A stretch of DNA of 64,000 bases, from assembly GCF_964355755.1 (NCBI RefSeq), contig NC_092674.1, positions 19,034,001 through 19,098,000 of the forward strand. The letters run 5' to 3'. Numbering within the stretch: position 1 is the first letter of the stretch; each line of letters starts with the position of its first letter. The notes under the pieces were generated by a model. It had not been told where the DNA came from and did not search any database. It saw only the letters and a list, made by a program, of their open reading frames with translations. The stretch comes from Antedon mediterranea. Lineage: Eukaryota; Animalia; Echinodermata. The position numbers and the translations under genes were made by a program. This document shows positions 26,701 to 40,551 of this stretch, one piece after another.

Positions 26701-29700
26701 ATAATATTAAAAATCGTAATTGAGTTACACTCAGATTTAAAAGATGAGGGCTGAGTAAACGGGACCAGTGGTCCCACCCTAACTTATACTGGACGACTAA
26801 GGACGTACCCTAGTATAATCCCACCAAGTGACTCCCAGGAGCAATCCGCCATTTTCTCACAAATAAAGTATCAAATTTCACTATAATATTAAAAATCGTA
26901 ATTGAGTTACACTCAGATTTAAAAGATGAGGGCTGAGTAAACAAGACCAGCGGTCCTACTCTAACTTATACTGGACAACTAAGGAGGTACCCTAGTATAA
27001 TCCCACCGAGTGACTTCCAGGAGCAATCCGCCGTTTTCTAACAAATACAGTACCAAATTTCACTATAATATTTAAAATCGTAATTGAGTTACACTCAGAT
27101 TTAAAAGATGAGGGCTGAGTAAACAGGACCAGCGGTCCTACTCTAACTTATACTGGACAACTAAGGAGGTACCCTAGTATAATCCCACCAAGTGACTCCC
27201 AGGAGCAATCCGCCATTTTCTTACAAATACAGTATCAAATTTCACTATATAAAAAATTGTAATTGAGTTACACTCAGATTTAAAAGATGAGGGCTGAGTA
27301 AACGGGACCTTCGGTCCTACTCTAACTTATACTGGACGATTAAGGAGGTCCCCTAGTATAATCCCACCAAGTGACTCCCAGGAGCAATCCGCCCTTTTCT
27401 CACAAATACAGTATCAAATTTCACTATAATATTAAAGATCGTAATTGAGTTACACTCAGATTTAAAAGATGAGGGCTGAGTCAACAGGGCCAGCGGTCCT
27501 ACTCTAACTTATACTGGACGACTAAGGAGGTACCCAAGTATAATCCCACCAAGTGACTCCCAGGAGCAATCCGCCATTTTCTCACAAATACAGTATCAAA
27601 TTTCACTATATTATTAAAAATCGGAATTGAGTTACACTCAGATTTAAAAGATGATGGCTGAGTAAACGGGACCAGTGGTCCCACCCTAACTTATACTGGA
27701 CGACTAAGGAGGTACCCTAGTATGATCCCACCAAGTGACTCCCAGGAGCAATCCGCCATTTTCTCACAAATACAGTATCAAATTTCACTATAATATTAAA
27801 AATCGTAATTGAGTCACACTCAGATTTAAGAGATGAGGGCTGAGTAAACAAGACCAGCGGTCCTACTCTAACTTATACTGGACAACTAAGGAGGTACCCT
27901 AGTATAATCCCACCAAGTGACTCCCAGGAGCAATCCGCCATTTTCTCACAAATACAGTATCAAATTTCACTATATAAAAAATCGTAATTGAGTTAAACTC
28001 AGATTTAAAAGATGAGGGCTGAGTAAACGGGACCAGCGGTCCCACTCTAACTTATACTGGACGATTAAGGAGGTCCCCATGTATAATCCCACCAAGTGAC
28101 TCCTAGGAGTAATCCGCCATTTTCTCACAAATACAGTATCAAATTTCACTATAATATTAAAGATCGTAATTGAGTTACACTCAGATTTAAAAGATGAGGG
28201 CTGAGTAAATAAGACCAGTGGTCCTACTCTAACTTATACTGGATGACTAAGGAGGTACCCTAGTATAATCCCACCAAGTGACTCCCAGGAGCAATCCGCC
28301 ATTTTCTCACAAATACAGTATCAAGTTTCACTATAATATTAAAGATCGTAATTGAGTTACACTCAGATTTAAAAGATGAGGGCTGAGTCAACAGGGCCAG
28401 CGGTCCTACTCTAACTTATACCTTACTGGACGACTAAGGAGGTACCCAAGTATAATCCCACCAAGTGACTCCCAGGAGCAATCCGCCATTTTCTCACAAA
28501 TACAGTATCAAATTTCACTATAATATTAAAAATCGTAATTGAGTTACACTCAGATTTAAAAGATGAGGGCTGAGTAAACAGGACCAGTGGTCCTTCTCTA
28601 ACTTATACTGGACGACTAAGGAGGTACCCTAGTATAATCCCACCAAGTGACTCCCAGGAGCAATCCGCCATTTTCTCACAAATACAGTATCAAACTTCAC
28701 TATAATATTAAAAATCGTAATTGAGTTACACTCAGATTTAAAAGATGAAGGCTGAGTAAACAGGACCAGCGGTCCTACTCTAACTTATACTGGACGACTA
28801 AGGAGGTACCCTAGTATAATCCCACCAAGTGACTCCCAGGAGCAATCCGCCATTTTCTCACAAATACAGTATCAAATTTCACTATAATATTAAAAATCGT
28901 AATTGAGTTACACTCAGATTTAAAAGATGAGGGCTGAGTAAACAAGACCAGCGGTCCTACTCTAACTTATACTGGACGACTAAGGAGGTACCCTAGTATA
29001 ATCCCACCAAGTGACTCCCAGGAGCAATCCGCCATTTTCTCACAAATACAGTATCAAATTTCACTATAATATTAAAGATCGTAATTGAGTTACACTCAGA
29101 TTTAAAAGATTAGGGCTGAGTAAACAGGGCCAGCGGTCCTACTCTAACTTATACTGGACGACTAAGGAGGTACCCTAGTATAATCCCACCAAGTGACTCC
29201 CAGGAGCAATCCGCCATTTTCTCACAAATACAGTATCAAATTTCACTATAATATTCAAAATCGTAATTGAGTTACACTCAGATTTAAAAGATGAGGGCTG
29301 AGTAAACAGGACCAGCGGTCCTACTCTAACTTATACTGGACGACTAAGGTGGTACCCTAGTATAATCCCACCAAGTGACTCCCAGGAGCAATCCGCCATT
29401 TTCTCACAAATACAGTATCAAATTTCACTATAATATTAAAAATCGTAATTGAGTTACACTCAGATTTAAAAGATGAGGGCTGAGTAAACAGGACCAGTGG
29501 TCCTACTCTAACTTATACTGGACGACTAAGGAGGTACCCTAGTATAATCCCACCAAGTGACTCCCAGGAGCAATCCGCCATCTTCTCACAAATACAGTAT
29601 CAAATTTCACTATAATATTAAGAATCGGAATTGAGTTACACTCAGATTTAAAAGATGAGGGCTGAGTAAACGGGACCAGTGGTCCCACCCTAACTTATAC

Positions 29701-31451
29701 TGGACGACTAAGGAGGTACCCTAGTATAATCCCACCAAGTGACTCCCAGGAGCAATCCGCCATTTTCTCACAAATACGGTATCAAATTTCACTATATAAA
29801 AAATCGTAATTGAGTTACACTCAGATTTAAAAGATGAGGGGGCTGAGTAAACGGGACCAGCGGTCCTACTCTAACTTATACTGGACGATTAAGGAGGTCC
29901 CCTAGTATAATCCCACCAAGTGACTCCTATGAGCAATCCGCCATTTTCTCACAAATACAGTATCAAATTTCACTATAATATTAAAGATCGTAATTGAGTT
30001 ACACTCAGATTTAAAAGATGAGGGCTGAGTAAACAGGACCAGCGGTCCTACTCTAACTTATACTGGATGACTAAGGAGGTCCCCTAGTATAATCTCACCA
30101 AGTGACTCCCAGGAGCAATCCGCCATTTTCTCACAAATACAATATCAAATTTCACTATAATATTAAAAATCATAATTGAGTTACACTCAGATTTAAAAGA
30201 TGAGGGCTGAGTAAACAGGACCAGCGGTCCTACCCTAACTTATACTGGACGACTAAGGAGGTACCCTAGTATAATCCCACCAAGTGACTCCCAGGAGCAA
30301 TCCGCCATTTTCTCACAAATATTGAATTTCTAATACTATAAAAACCTTAAACAATACTGAAAATGTGAAAAATACACAAACGGCGTTTCATAGTTATTGT
30401 CGGCTGGAAAAAATAAAAGTGGGCTGGCTTATTGTCGGCTGGCTTATTGTCGGCTATAAGCCAGCCCAGTTATGATTACGATAAAAACAAATATAATCAC
30501 GCCCTCTAAAATGACTACAACAATTTGTATCCCGCGGCCCGCCCGATATTAGGTATAATCAAAGAATATATATCACAAGAATGAGTAATCCGCGATTTTC
30601 ACTGTAACAGTAATATTGTCCATGTGGTAGGGCGCCGCCATAAGTGTGGATGTATCTGGGATGTATACAACTTTTTGTGACGGTTTCACTAATCAAAGGC
30701 TGGACCACCGGTAGTATTTTCATGATAAAAAATGTTATCAACTACATGCCAACATCATGTTAAATACTATTTGGATATTTAATTGTTCGTTTTATGCAAT
30801 TTATTTAGTAAAAACTGCCGTATAAACAGTTTGCTTTATCAACCGGGCGCTACGATAGCGTGACCGGGCGTGTTGCTGTTTACGCGTTTTCACGAAGGAT
30901 AGTTTAATAATATTCCTATATTTAACTTGTTTCTGGTAAAACAAATAAATGTTAATGACATGTAACATTTTCTCCTATTAATAACATGTGTTTTATACTA
31001 ATTTATATCATAAAAACAATACTTAATTTACCGGGCGTACAGTAGTACACGGCAATGGTAAAGAATAGGCCGTGCTGAGTAATATTCGTTGATTTTTGGT
31101 GTTGCTGTGTTAGGCCTTTTTTGTGAACTAACTTAGCATGTTAGTAAATAATTGTCTGTAAAAGTGAATAAACACTAGGTTGTTAATAAATATGTATTAT
31201 AAAATAGTTTACAATTGCAAAAACTATCTTCATAATTCTATTTAATGTGACATGTATAATATCTATTAAATCAAGTCTTATTTAGTATGTATACATCCGC
31301 CCTTATGAGGGCGGGCATCACTCACTGGAGCTCTCTGTTACAAATTTCTCATGCAAAAATTGCGGAATACTCATTCTTGTGATATATATTCTTTGGTATA
31401 ATACAGTATTTGTACAAGACGAATATGTCTACTGCTCCGCGCCTCAAATGG

Positions 31452-32526
31452 CAGGCCCGTAGCCAGGGGGGGTTTTTATGGTTCGGGCGAAACCCCCCCC
31501 CCCCCTTTACAGCGAACCCCTCTTAACCGACTGCGAACCCCCATCCCCGACATGTCCAATACCTCACCCTCATCTCCGAAAATCGTCCAAATACGTGCCC
31601 CCACAGTACAAAAAGTTGTTCGTAAATTAAACAATTCGTAAACTCGTTCGGAATAACTCATACAGTACCTTCTTCCCTGTTGAGCGTACTTCGAGCGATA
31701 TAGTCTGTAAATTTCTAAGAGTTGCAAATGAATTGCCGATTTTAACCTGAAAAATAAATGTTTGGTCCCTGCATGTAACATGATATTGACGCGTCTCACA
31801 GCGAGCTGGGGGACGAACGATTCGTACAAAGGACACCGCCAGACAACTGCGTACCAATTGTTTAGATCACTGGCGGTCAGGCAGCATGCATAAAGTATAT
31901 AGCCTTCCGATATACATCAGTATTTATGTGTGGCTATGAAGTATAATGTATCATAGAGGATTATAGTGAATATTAATATTTTACACTATAATATCTATGG
32001 TATCATGTACTGTAGTTCACATTATGGCATTCGATTATTTTTTTCTAGACCACCAGCCGATACGTACTCAAATGTATCAATATCACCTATTTACATTGGC
32101 ATATTTAATTTCCTCAACAAATTGCTGTAAATAAATATTATAGATAGAGCTATAATAAGAATTGCATTTGCCTTCACCCAGTGTGCTTTTTTCGGGGCTT
32201 CTCCTAGACGTACGTTCGCATTGAACTTGAACGCAAAACAAAATATCGAGTAAATGATCAAACAATCGGCGGTTCCGCACAGAGCACGCGCATCTAACAT
32301 ACGGCAACAAATGATATCGTTTAAATAGTCCACGAGTCCAAGTACGATCGTTTTGCTCATTGGTAGCATGCGGCATGAGAGTGTCCGGCCATCTAGGGGT
32401 GTCATTTAACAAAATTTGCTTCGCCTCAGGCCCCACCCCAGGGGGGGGGGGGGTAGGTATGGGGTGGGGGTGACCCAAATACTTAGTGTGCGAACCCCCC
32501 CTTGACAGATCCTGGCTACGGCCCTG
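31452..32526. mobile_element. Non-autonomous DNA transposon (hAT-like CAG termini, apparent 5-bp TSD)
   Basis: TIR caggcccgtagccagg / cctggctacggccctg (1 mismatch), with AATGG on both flanks. A diverged relative lies at 59945-60930, and related fragments at 32980-33780. Confidence 0.65.
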
Positions 32527-35407
32527 AATGGGATGGATTGGCTCTTGCAAAATGGAATATTATGATTACATAATATGTGTATACAAATTTGAATATATCG
32601 GAACAGGTAGAATCTGATGAACATTGAACCATATGTGGTTTCATTGTACAAGAAGCAGCAGAGGAAAGTATATGTTCATATGTTGTGCATAATGTTCAAA
32701 ATTTCCCTACAAAACAGGCCTACACTTTGAATAGATTTAAATCGCATAGACAGTGCTGCTATGTCTTTCAATCTTTTAAATGTTTACAGATGCATATAAT
32801 ATGACAAAATAAATGCCACCTCCTGTGTTTAAAATTATATTTCCTTTCATTTGATCAAACACGATGACATTTCAGGTCACTGACCTTGCTACCCCCTCCC
32901 CAAAACTGATCGTTCCCAACTGTAGAGAGTCCACACCAACTCAGCGCCACCATGGTTGGGGCTTAGTTGAGGCGATTTTTGAAAATATAACACCTCTAGA
33001 TGGTCGGAAATGGCACTCTCACGTTATTATAAATGTATTAACAATTGATATTTTAAATATGAAAACTGAAGTACTAGCCAATTAAAGGGTGACATTTTCC
33101 CCATAGGCATAAGCGTCACAACAGAGCGCTTCGCGCAAGACGTGAGCGTTTGCACGACGTCATGGCGGAAAAAGGTGCTTGTCCAGGGCCGTCGACGGGA
33201 CCTGTGGCGAAGCAAACTTTGTTAAATGACGTCCCAGATGGCCGGAAATGGTACTCTCGCACATAAAATTCATGATAAATGATGGCACCTTTAATTTGCA
33301 GGAAAAGACACTCTCAAATCATGGAGGATGCTCATATGTAGCATGCTACCAATGAGCAAAACGATCAGACTTAATTCCCCTGCAATCACTTGACTAATAC
33401 AGGACGATAAGTAGATAAACAGCTCAATAGCTACATATTATAAATCACTGTTTGGTTGAAAAATTTGCACCAAGAGATTCATATGTTCGTGCCACCCCCC
33501 CCCCCCCCACCCGCCGAGTACGGGTACGATACACGCGTCAATATCATGTTACATCCAGGGACCAAAATGCGTTTATTTTTCAGGTGAAAATAGGCAATTC
33601 AATTCGCAACTCTTAGAAATTTACAGACATCAACGGCAATGGTAACCTCTAATAAAAAGTAAATTAGCACGGCGCTGAAACAATGTGTTTTAATCAAAAG
33701 TGAAAGTACGCTTTATAGGGGGGGGGGGGGGCGTGCGGAGGGTGCGCCCCCCCCCCACCCCCACTGGATCCGCCACTGCATACTGGGAAATAAACAAAGA
33801 GATAAATAAAGTAACAATCATTGCATTTAACTTTAGTAGCATATAATATATAGAGTAGCAGTAACCCGATGCTGCTCCGCACGATCTTTTTATGCTTTAA
33901 TATGTGGTTATATAATTTTCATGGGCAAGTATAATAAAAGCGCACTCTGATAAATGTAGGCCTACTTTGACAAATATTATTAAAATAAAAACAAATTGTA
34001 TCACGAATAAAATTCGGAACTACTGTATTTACGGCCATTGGTTTGTTATCACTATTCCTTCACTTCAACATATGTAGGCTACAAAATGAAAGCAATAGTG
34101 GATATGGAACTTTGACTTTACTTTTGACTGTTCAGACTTTACGAAAATAAAAGACGCTAAATTGTGCTGTGTGAATTATATGATGCGCGTAAACAAATAA
34201 CGAAAGTATAAAATGCCAAACTATATTATTATTTTGGGAGTTTTTCGTGATGTACTTTGATACATAGAGATAGAATAAAAAAGTGGACAAAAATCGAACG
34301 AAAAACACATTGCTATGGAAACACGAATTGTTAAGTTTATTCATTTACATTTTATTATTATTTCACTGGTTTTGATATTTTGCAATTTTTTGTTACCTAC
34401 TTGCTACTTTTGTAATTAAATTGTGCTCTACCAGAACCCGTGCTCCACATGGTTTGTCCGCACTCTTCCCGACCCCTGACAAATTATTAAAAACAAAAAA
34501 AAATTAATTTGGAACTATTTACGGCCATCAAAACAGTAGGTGAGAGGATGCATTCCCCGTATGGGTAATATATCCTCTCACCATGTGCACCAGAATCCTT
34601 CATCAACAACAGTCAAGCACAGGAGGAACATAACACACAATTATATGCAACATCAAAACAGTTCAAGACATGTACTACCAGTACATGAAATTCCTTCACC
34701 ATGCCTTCAACAAACACTGCATGTTAACCAAAGTAATTGTAACCTGGTCATTTTGCTAACACCTTTATCTTTTAATTATTGTACAGCGGCACAACATCTA
34801 TATGTACGGATAGCCTCTTTCATCTGACCAGACGCAAAATAATGGCATCTATCTCTAGTTCCGAAAACTCTGGATATGGGACTTTGTGCTTTGTGAATAC
34901 TAATCTAGGGTGCGCCTCACGTTGAAGTCTGTCAATCATGCAGTCGACAGATTAAAACATTTTAATGATAAAATATGAATTGGTAAGTTATCGAAAAGGT
35001 GTGAAGTATTGGAATAATAATAATGCTTACGGAAATCAACACAAAAGATTCGTTTTACTTGTGTGTTTGTTTTTTTTTGTTCATTTAGGCCTACATTTTT
35101 TTTTATTTCATGGTTTTTTATATTTTGCAATTTCTTTTATGTGAGGTTTCGTATCTTTTTTGTAATTACATTGTGGTCTAGTTTTGATTTTTAGCTTTAA
35201 AGGCCAGGTGCGGGCAAACAATTTCTATTGATCATACATTCCAATAATTATCGATCTACAGTTTCCGATATGTTTCATAATTGTTGGGATTTTATTTGTG
35301 TTACACGAGCTTGCTGAAAATAAGCACTTTTTATCAGTGGGGGATAGTTCAATTTACATAGTGAAATCTCTATGCGTTTGTACACAAATGTTGTAAATAG
35401 AGAGGTA

Positions 35408-36167
35408 TTTTTAGTCGCGTGGAAGCGACTCTATAGTTCACTATGTCGGTCGGTTGGTCGGTCTGTCTGTCTGTCGGTCTGTCGGTCCGGTATCACTATG
35501 CGTTTTATCGCTTTCTGACCTTATCTTGATATCAGTTTAATCTAGCTAGGTCAATTTTTCACAGTATATTCCTTATGGCCATCCAGGAATCAATGTGGTT
35601 ATGTTTTCACGGTGCGCAATAAAAAATTACGCGGTCTACGCACGATTTAACGAAATCACGTTTGTAATCATATCTTCACAACCATGGTTGAATCACAATT
35701 AAATAAAATTTGGTACTCATAAATTTCAGGGCATAAATCATCATATGGCAATACAATTACGTGCGTAGCGAATGTAACGCATGCGTACGCGCGCTTAAAA
35801 TTTTCAAAATTTATTTTCGATGAAATAAGAGTACGTTTTCAGGCAATTTTAAGCGTTTACAAAATTGCCATGAGTGCGCATATTTTTGCGCGCGCACTGC
35901 GCGTTAAATGTTATTGCGCACTCTTTTTGCCCGATTTCTGTTTTCTTGACTTACTTTTCAACTCGAAATTACGTTATACGAGCACGTCAAAAGTGACAGG
36001 CTACGCACGTGTAAATTAAAAAAATATAAAAGTTTTTACACATTTCAACATTTTTAAACATGTTCAGTAATTTCGGTCAGTATAGTTCACTATGTCGGTC
36101 GGTCGGTCTGTCGGTCCGGTATCACTATGCATTGTAGCACGCGACTTAATGGCTGTTGGCCTTGTTT
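35408..36167 (+). mobile_element. DINE-1/HINE (Helentron-associated) non-autonomous element (family B)
   Basis: 5' TTTTTAGTCGCGTGGAAGCGACT short inverted repeat, (GTCG/GTCT)n microsatellite, 3' subterminal cacgcgact, stem-loop ggctgttggcc and T-rich end. Confidence 0.75.
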
Positions 36168-38746
36168 AAAAACAATGAAAAATAAACGGTGTGGTTAAAA
36201 ATGTTATCAGATGACTAAATATAGGTAATATTACTTGAATTTTACGTTTCAAGTATTTTTATTCAACTTCAGAGTTTTATTTATTATCCACCGTACATCC
36301 ACCATCTTTTTTCACCTTCTAGGGAGTCACTAGACATGTTATTACACTAGGTAAAACTACCTAACTACTGAACAAAGTCTTCCTGGTTTTTATAGCAGAA
36401 TTTTGCCAATTTTTGTATTTGACCATTTTAAGGGAAATTCATGTTTTTTCGTCTTGATTTCTATTAAAAATATTTGATTTATGTACAATTACCCAGATAT
36501 TATATTTAAAATGCATGCCTGTAGCTGAGCTTTAAAGCGGTGATATACTCAATAATTACACATTCGAACTCGACCATACTAAGCATTGATATCAATAGCC
36601 CCGACGTTTTACTCACTGAGACAAACTGTGAAATCATTCTGTTCATTCAAGGAATAGGCTAGGTGTAATTTATTAAAACTTCAACGACGCGATCATTCGA
36701 TACGGTTAACTAAATACTGTTTTTTTTAGGAGGTTGCGTAGTTTATACAGTGACGTAACATGGTCGCTGAGACGTCAAATTACTGATATTTTTTTAACTT
36801 TTTTAGTGTCTGTTTATCCTTAAAATTCATTCGTGTGTGGCCCATCAATAAACATCAGTGTGCTGTGTTAATTTTCTTACATGAATTGCCCACCTCATTG
36901 CATACCATCTATATGTAACTTATAGAGGTATACACGTATATAGAACCTACTCAAATTGTTTAAAATAAATTTAAATCACATGTAATTATAATCCTTTGTT
37001 GCAATCAATGCAACAACATTTAATATAAATTTGTGAATGTATAGTACATTCATTATACCTGTACAGAAGGAGACTCTGATTAACAAGCACAAATAGCAGA
37101 AACTAAAAGAAAGCTGTAATGTTTATTGGTTACAAAATAATAATTATTTAAAAAAACTATTAAAGCAATAATAAGCACTATTGGTTTGGGAATAAATGTA
37201 AGATGTTAAGGCATACAGTACATCATCACCTAATTTTGACAAAGACGGTTAAGCTAATTCAAGAAGCATTGATAAAAGTACCACTCAATCAATAATAAGC
37301 ATTTTACATGTAAATGTGGGATTCAACAAGGACACTATAATTTGAGCATTTGGTATACAATGCATACACAGCTAGCAATGATTCGATCATTTACAGACAT
37401 TGAAATCTTTTTTCAATATTAATACAGTATATATGTTTTAATATGAAAAAGCACTTTTATAGTATTATTATAATTATTATTATTATATTAAAGCTCCATT
37501 AAGATGACTGTACCTTTACTACCTTTGTCTATAAAAAAAACCCAATACACTATAGATTGCTAACAAAAAATATAAAGGTAAAACTAATAAAAAATTGTGC
37601 AATAACAACATTTTTTATAATAATATACACAAAATTGTAATTTAAAAAATGTTTATACAGATAAGTTATCAAGTTAAACATGTTTTTTGATAAATGGTAG
37701 ACTCTGCCTACCAAATGGTACTTAAAGGCACCCTCTCTAATATTACTAGCATTATGAATATTACTAACAAATGACATTGAATCAATGCAAAATGTATTAA
37801 ACCTACTAGCTTTTTCTGCAAATTTCGAATTATCATTTTACATAAATTCAGGATAAAAAATTACATTTTTTACACTAAAAAATACCAATTATATTGGAGA
37901 GAAATTATTTCTCTTCTATACCATTCAAAATGCATATAAAAATTCAATATTCTATAATACCTTAAATGTTTAAAAGTTCTTGTCATGGAATAAATTATTG
38001 CTATTTAATTTCTCATTGATTGATTGATTGATTGTTTAATTAATCTTTTTATTTTGGCCCAATCTTTGGTTCGTAGAAAAAAAAACATGATTTTGTATAC
38101 ATTTACAAATTTTAGTGAGTGCGTAAGTGAGTGAGTACAATATTTATCCAATGTGCACAATTTTGCCTTGTTTGTGATTGACTTATGAGAATGATACATA
38201 CAATAGTACCTTTATCCTCATCCAATAAAATACCAGGTACTGTATGAATAAATAAATTCCTGAAAAGAGACATAGTTCTTCAAGAATTATACAATGAAAT
38301 TGTGATGAGTAGGTTTAAAAACAAAATTTATGAAACAAATTGGAAAACTGGATCAGTGGGTATTTTTTTTCTTCTTATTTTTTAAAAGATGATTTTGTGT
38401 TTAATTTAAATAGACACATCCATGCAATTTAACTAAAAACTTCAATGAAAGTCGACTAAATCAAAAATGGAAAAGAGAAAATGGGAGACTCAATGTACGG
38501 CATGATACAGAAAACCTATGATTAGATGCAACACATATTACTCTAGACATCTCTGACACAACTTGTAAAAAAGTGCTAATTTTAGATAAATTGTTAATAA
38601 ATACAATACTGTATATGCCGTTTTTTTTCTCGCAAAGGTAAACATTCGCGAAAACATTGACATTTACTAAAACTGCCTCCGATTGAAAGGGGAAAACACA
38701 GAAGCAAATTTACACACGCTTACATATTGTCTCTACCGCCATAAAA

Positions 38747-40324
38747 GGGTCATTCTTCAGTAAGTGTCTAATTTCAGGTTTATAAAAAATCGATTTTAAA
38801 ATTTGCATTTTTTAAATTTTAAAAGTTTATTCAGATAAATGAACATGTATTACATGGCAAGCGTATGTTTGGCGCAATCTTTATTTTATATATTTCGTAT
38901 TTTATTCGTATTTATAAATACATGGTTCTATGTTACTGTCATTTCCGTCACATTTATGGAATATACAAAGATAGAAAAAATAACGGTTTAGGATTTATAA
39001 AATTATTTCCATTATTAATTCTTTGATACTATATATTATTTTTGTCTCTATTAATCAAAAAATGATTGTTTTAACATTTATTAGTATGATGTTATACGTT
39101 CAAAACCATTTACTATTCCAAAAAATAATAATTTTCAGAAAATAGTATGACTGTCACTGATGTTTTACAAAATTAACTAATATTACTATCCATTGACATA
39201 GTAGAAGAATATTGTTTATATTTCAATATACCACATAATTGCGTTCATTACTTAAATATTTTAGGATTTAAAAGGATAAAATATCCATGTGACGGAGATG
39301 AAACCGTGACGGATACGACAAACTTAAAAAATCATGTGATGGAGATGACTTTAAGATATGATTTGATAATGTTTATTGACCAGAGTCACATAGATATACA
39401 ATGTAATAACATAATAAAGATATACAAAACAAAATATACAACAAAAAAAGGCCCTGGCAATAACAAAAAGTCATATCCGTCACGGGCCGTCATCTCCGTC
39501 ACAACGAAACATTGGGAAATGTGACGGAACTAACCGTGACGGAGATGATGTATTTAGCATTGGACAGCCTAGGATCACATTGTAGGCATGTCTGACAGCG
39601 GACACGGATTGCATACTTCTAGATACCGTGAATGACTTGTACCTCCAGTTGAAAAAAACCAGAAATTATAATTATTATTATAATTATAATTATTTTAAAA
39701 TAAAAATGAGTTCTATACCGTTCGGATATGACATTCAATAAAGGTACGCAACTGTAATTTTTCTAAAACCTCGTTTTATTAGCTATTTTCCTCTTTTATT
39801 GAAAATGATGTGCGGCTAGTTTTATTTCAATATCTTCGCATGTTTACAACGCAGTCAATTTTTTTTCTCCGCCATTCATTAAACTGTAGACGGCACATTT
39901 AAATTATGTGACGGAAATGACACAAAACTGCGGGACAAGCTTCTTTTTCCAAACAAAAACTTTAAAGTTTGAGATTTAATGTATGTAGAGATGTATTTCG
40001 AAGAATATAATCGCATGAAATCATGATTAACTAACTTTTTACAATATTTTCGATAACAAAATTCCTGTTATCAAATATATACGGCGATCATAAAATTGAA
40101 GATGCATACGATCGGGACATGAGGTTTTAGGGGGTTGCCTGAAACATTTTTATAAAAATTAACAATATCAATGTAATTATCTTTGGTTTATGTAATTAAT
40201 TATATTTACAATAATGTTGATTATGATTTAAGTCAAGAATTTTTATTTTTTATTGTTGAATTTTCAGTCTCTATCCCACCAAAGTATCGGGACACGAATT
40301 TAGACACTTACTGAAGAATGACCC
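38747..40324. mobile_element. Non-autonomous DNA transposon, 1.58 kb, just downstream of the SHARK stop codon
   Basis: Perfect 25-bp TIR gggtcattcttcagtaagtgtctaa / ttagacacttactgaagaatgaccc, with repeated internal gtgacggagatga motifs. The TSD is ambiguous. Confidence 0.8.
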
Positions 40325-40551
40325 ATAAACATCTTCAAATTATGAACATGTGTTCAAATTATGAATGCATGTTCAAATTATGAACACGAAAATATCAACT
40401 GAATGGTAAATCGCGAACAATTCTGTAAGCAAGAATTGTGGCATAGTAACCAATTTATGAACAATTCTGGAACAATGAGCGAGATCCTATCTACTATGAG
40501 TATACGGAGAAAGTTTACCAAGTGCGTGTTACCTGATTTAGCTAATTTATA

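Larger units (their letters stand above)
22817..30321 (-). repeat. 182-bp satellite array, right arm in inverted orientation (about 31 monomers, interrupted twice)
   Basis: Reverse-complement monomers (ccgccattttctcacaaatacag...) run from 22817 to the right TIR. Confidence 0.97.
14013..30456. mobile_element. Giant (16.4 kb) non-coding foldback-type transposon with satellite-filled inverted arms
   Basis: Outer TIRs 14013-14148 and 30322-30456 differ at only 3 positions by my count, and begin TAGCCGACAATAAGCCAGCCGACAATAAGCCAGCCCAC. Each runs straight into a 182-bp array of matching orientation and phase. TA is present at both ends. No transposase ORF. Confidence 0.88.

Noticed and set aside
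14149-30321. CRISPR-like or coding repeat array
   Set aside because: Monomers are repeated in full with no unique spacers, there are no cas genes, the context is eukaryotic, and only trivial ORFs (e.g. 27499-27684) occur.
14013-30456. Fold-back sequencing or assembly artefact
   Set aside because: The arms are not mirror images: lengths differ, the LINE is in one arm only, the TIRs differ at 3 positions, and the flanks are unrelated. Exact monomer counts could still be mis-assembled.
31476-33882. Cluster of 60-155 aa ORFs
   Set aside because: They lie in GC-richer non-autonomous TE sequence with poly-G/C runs and show no recognisable domains.
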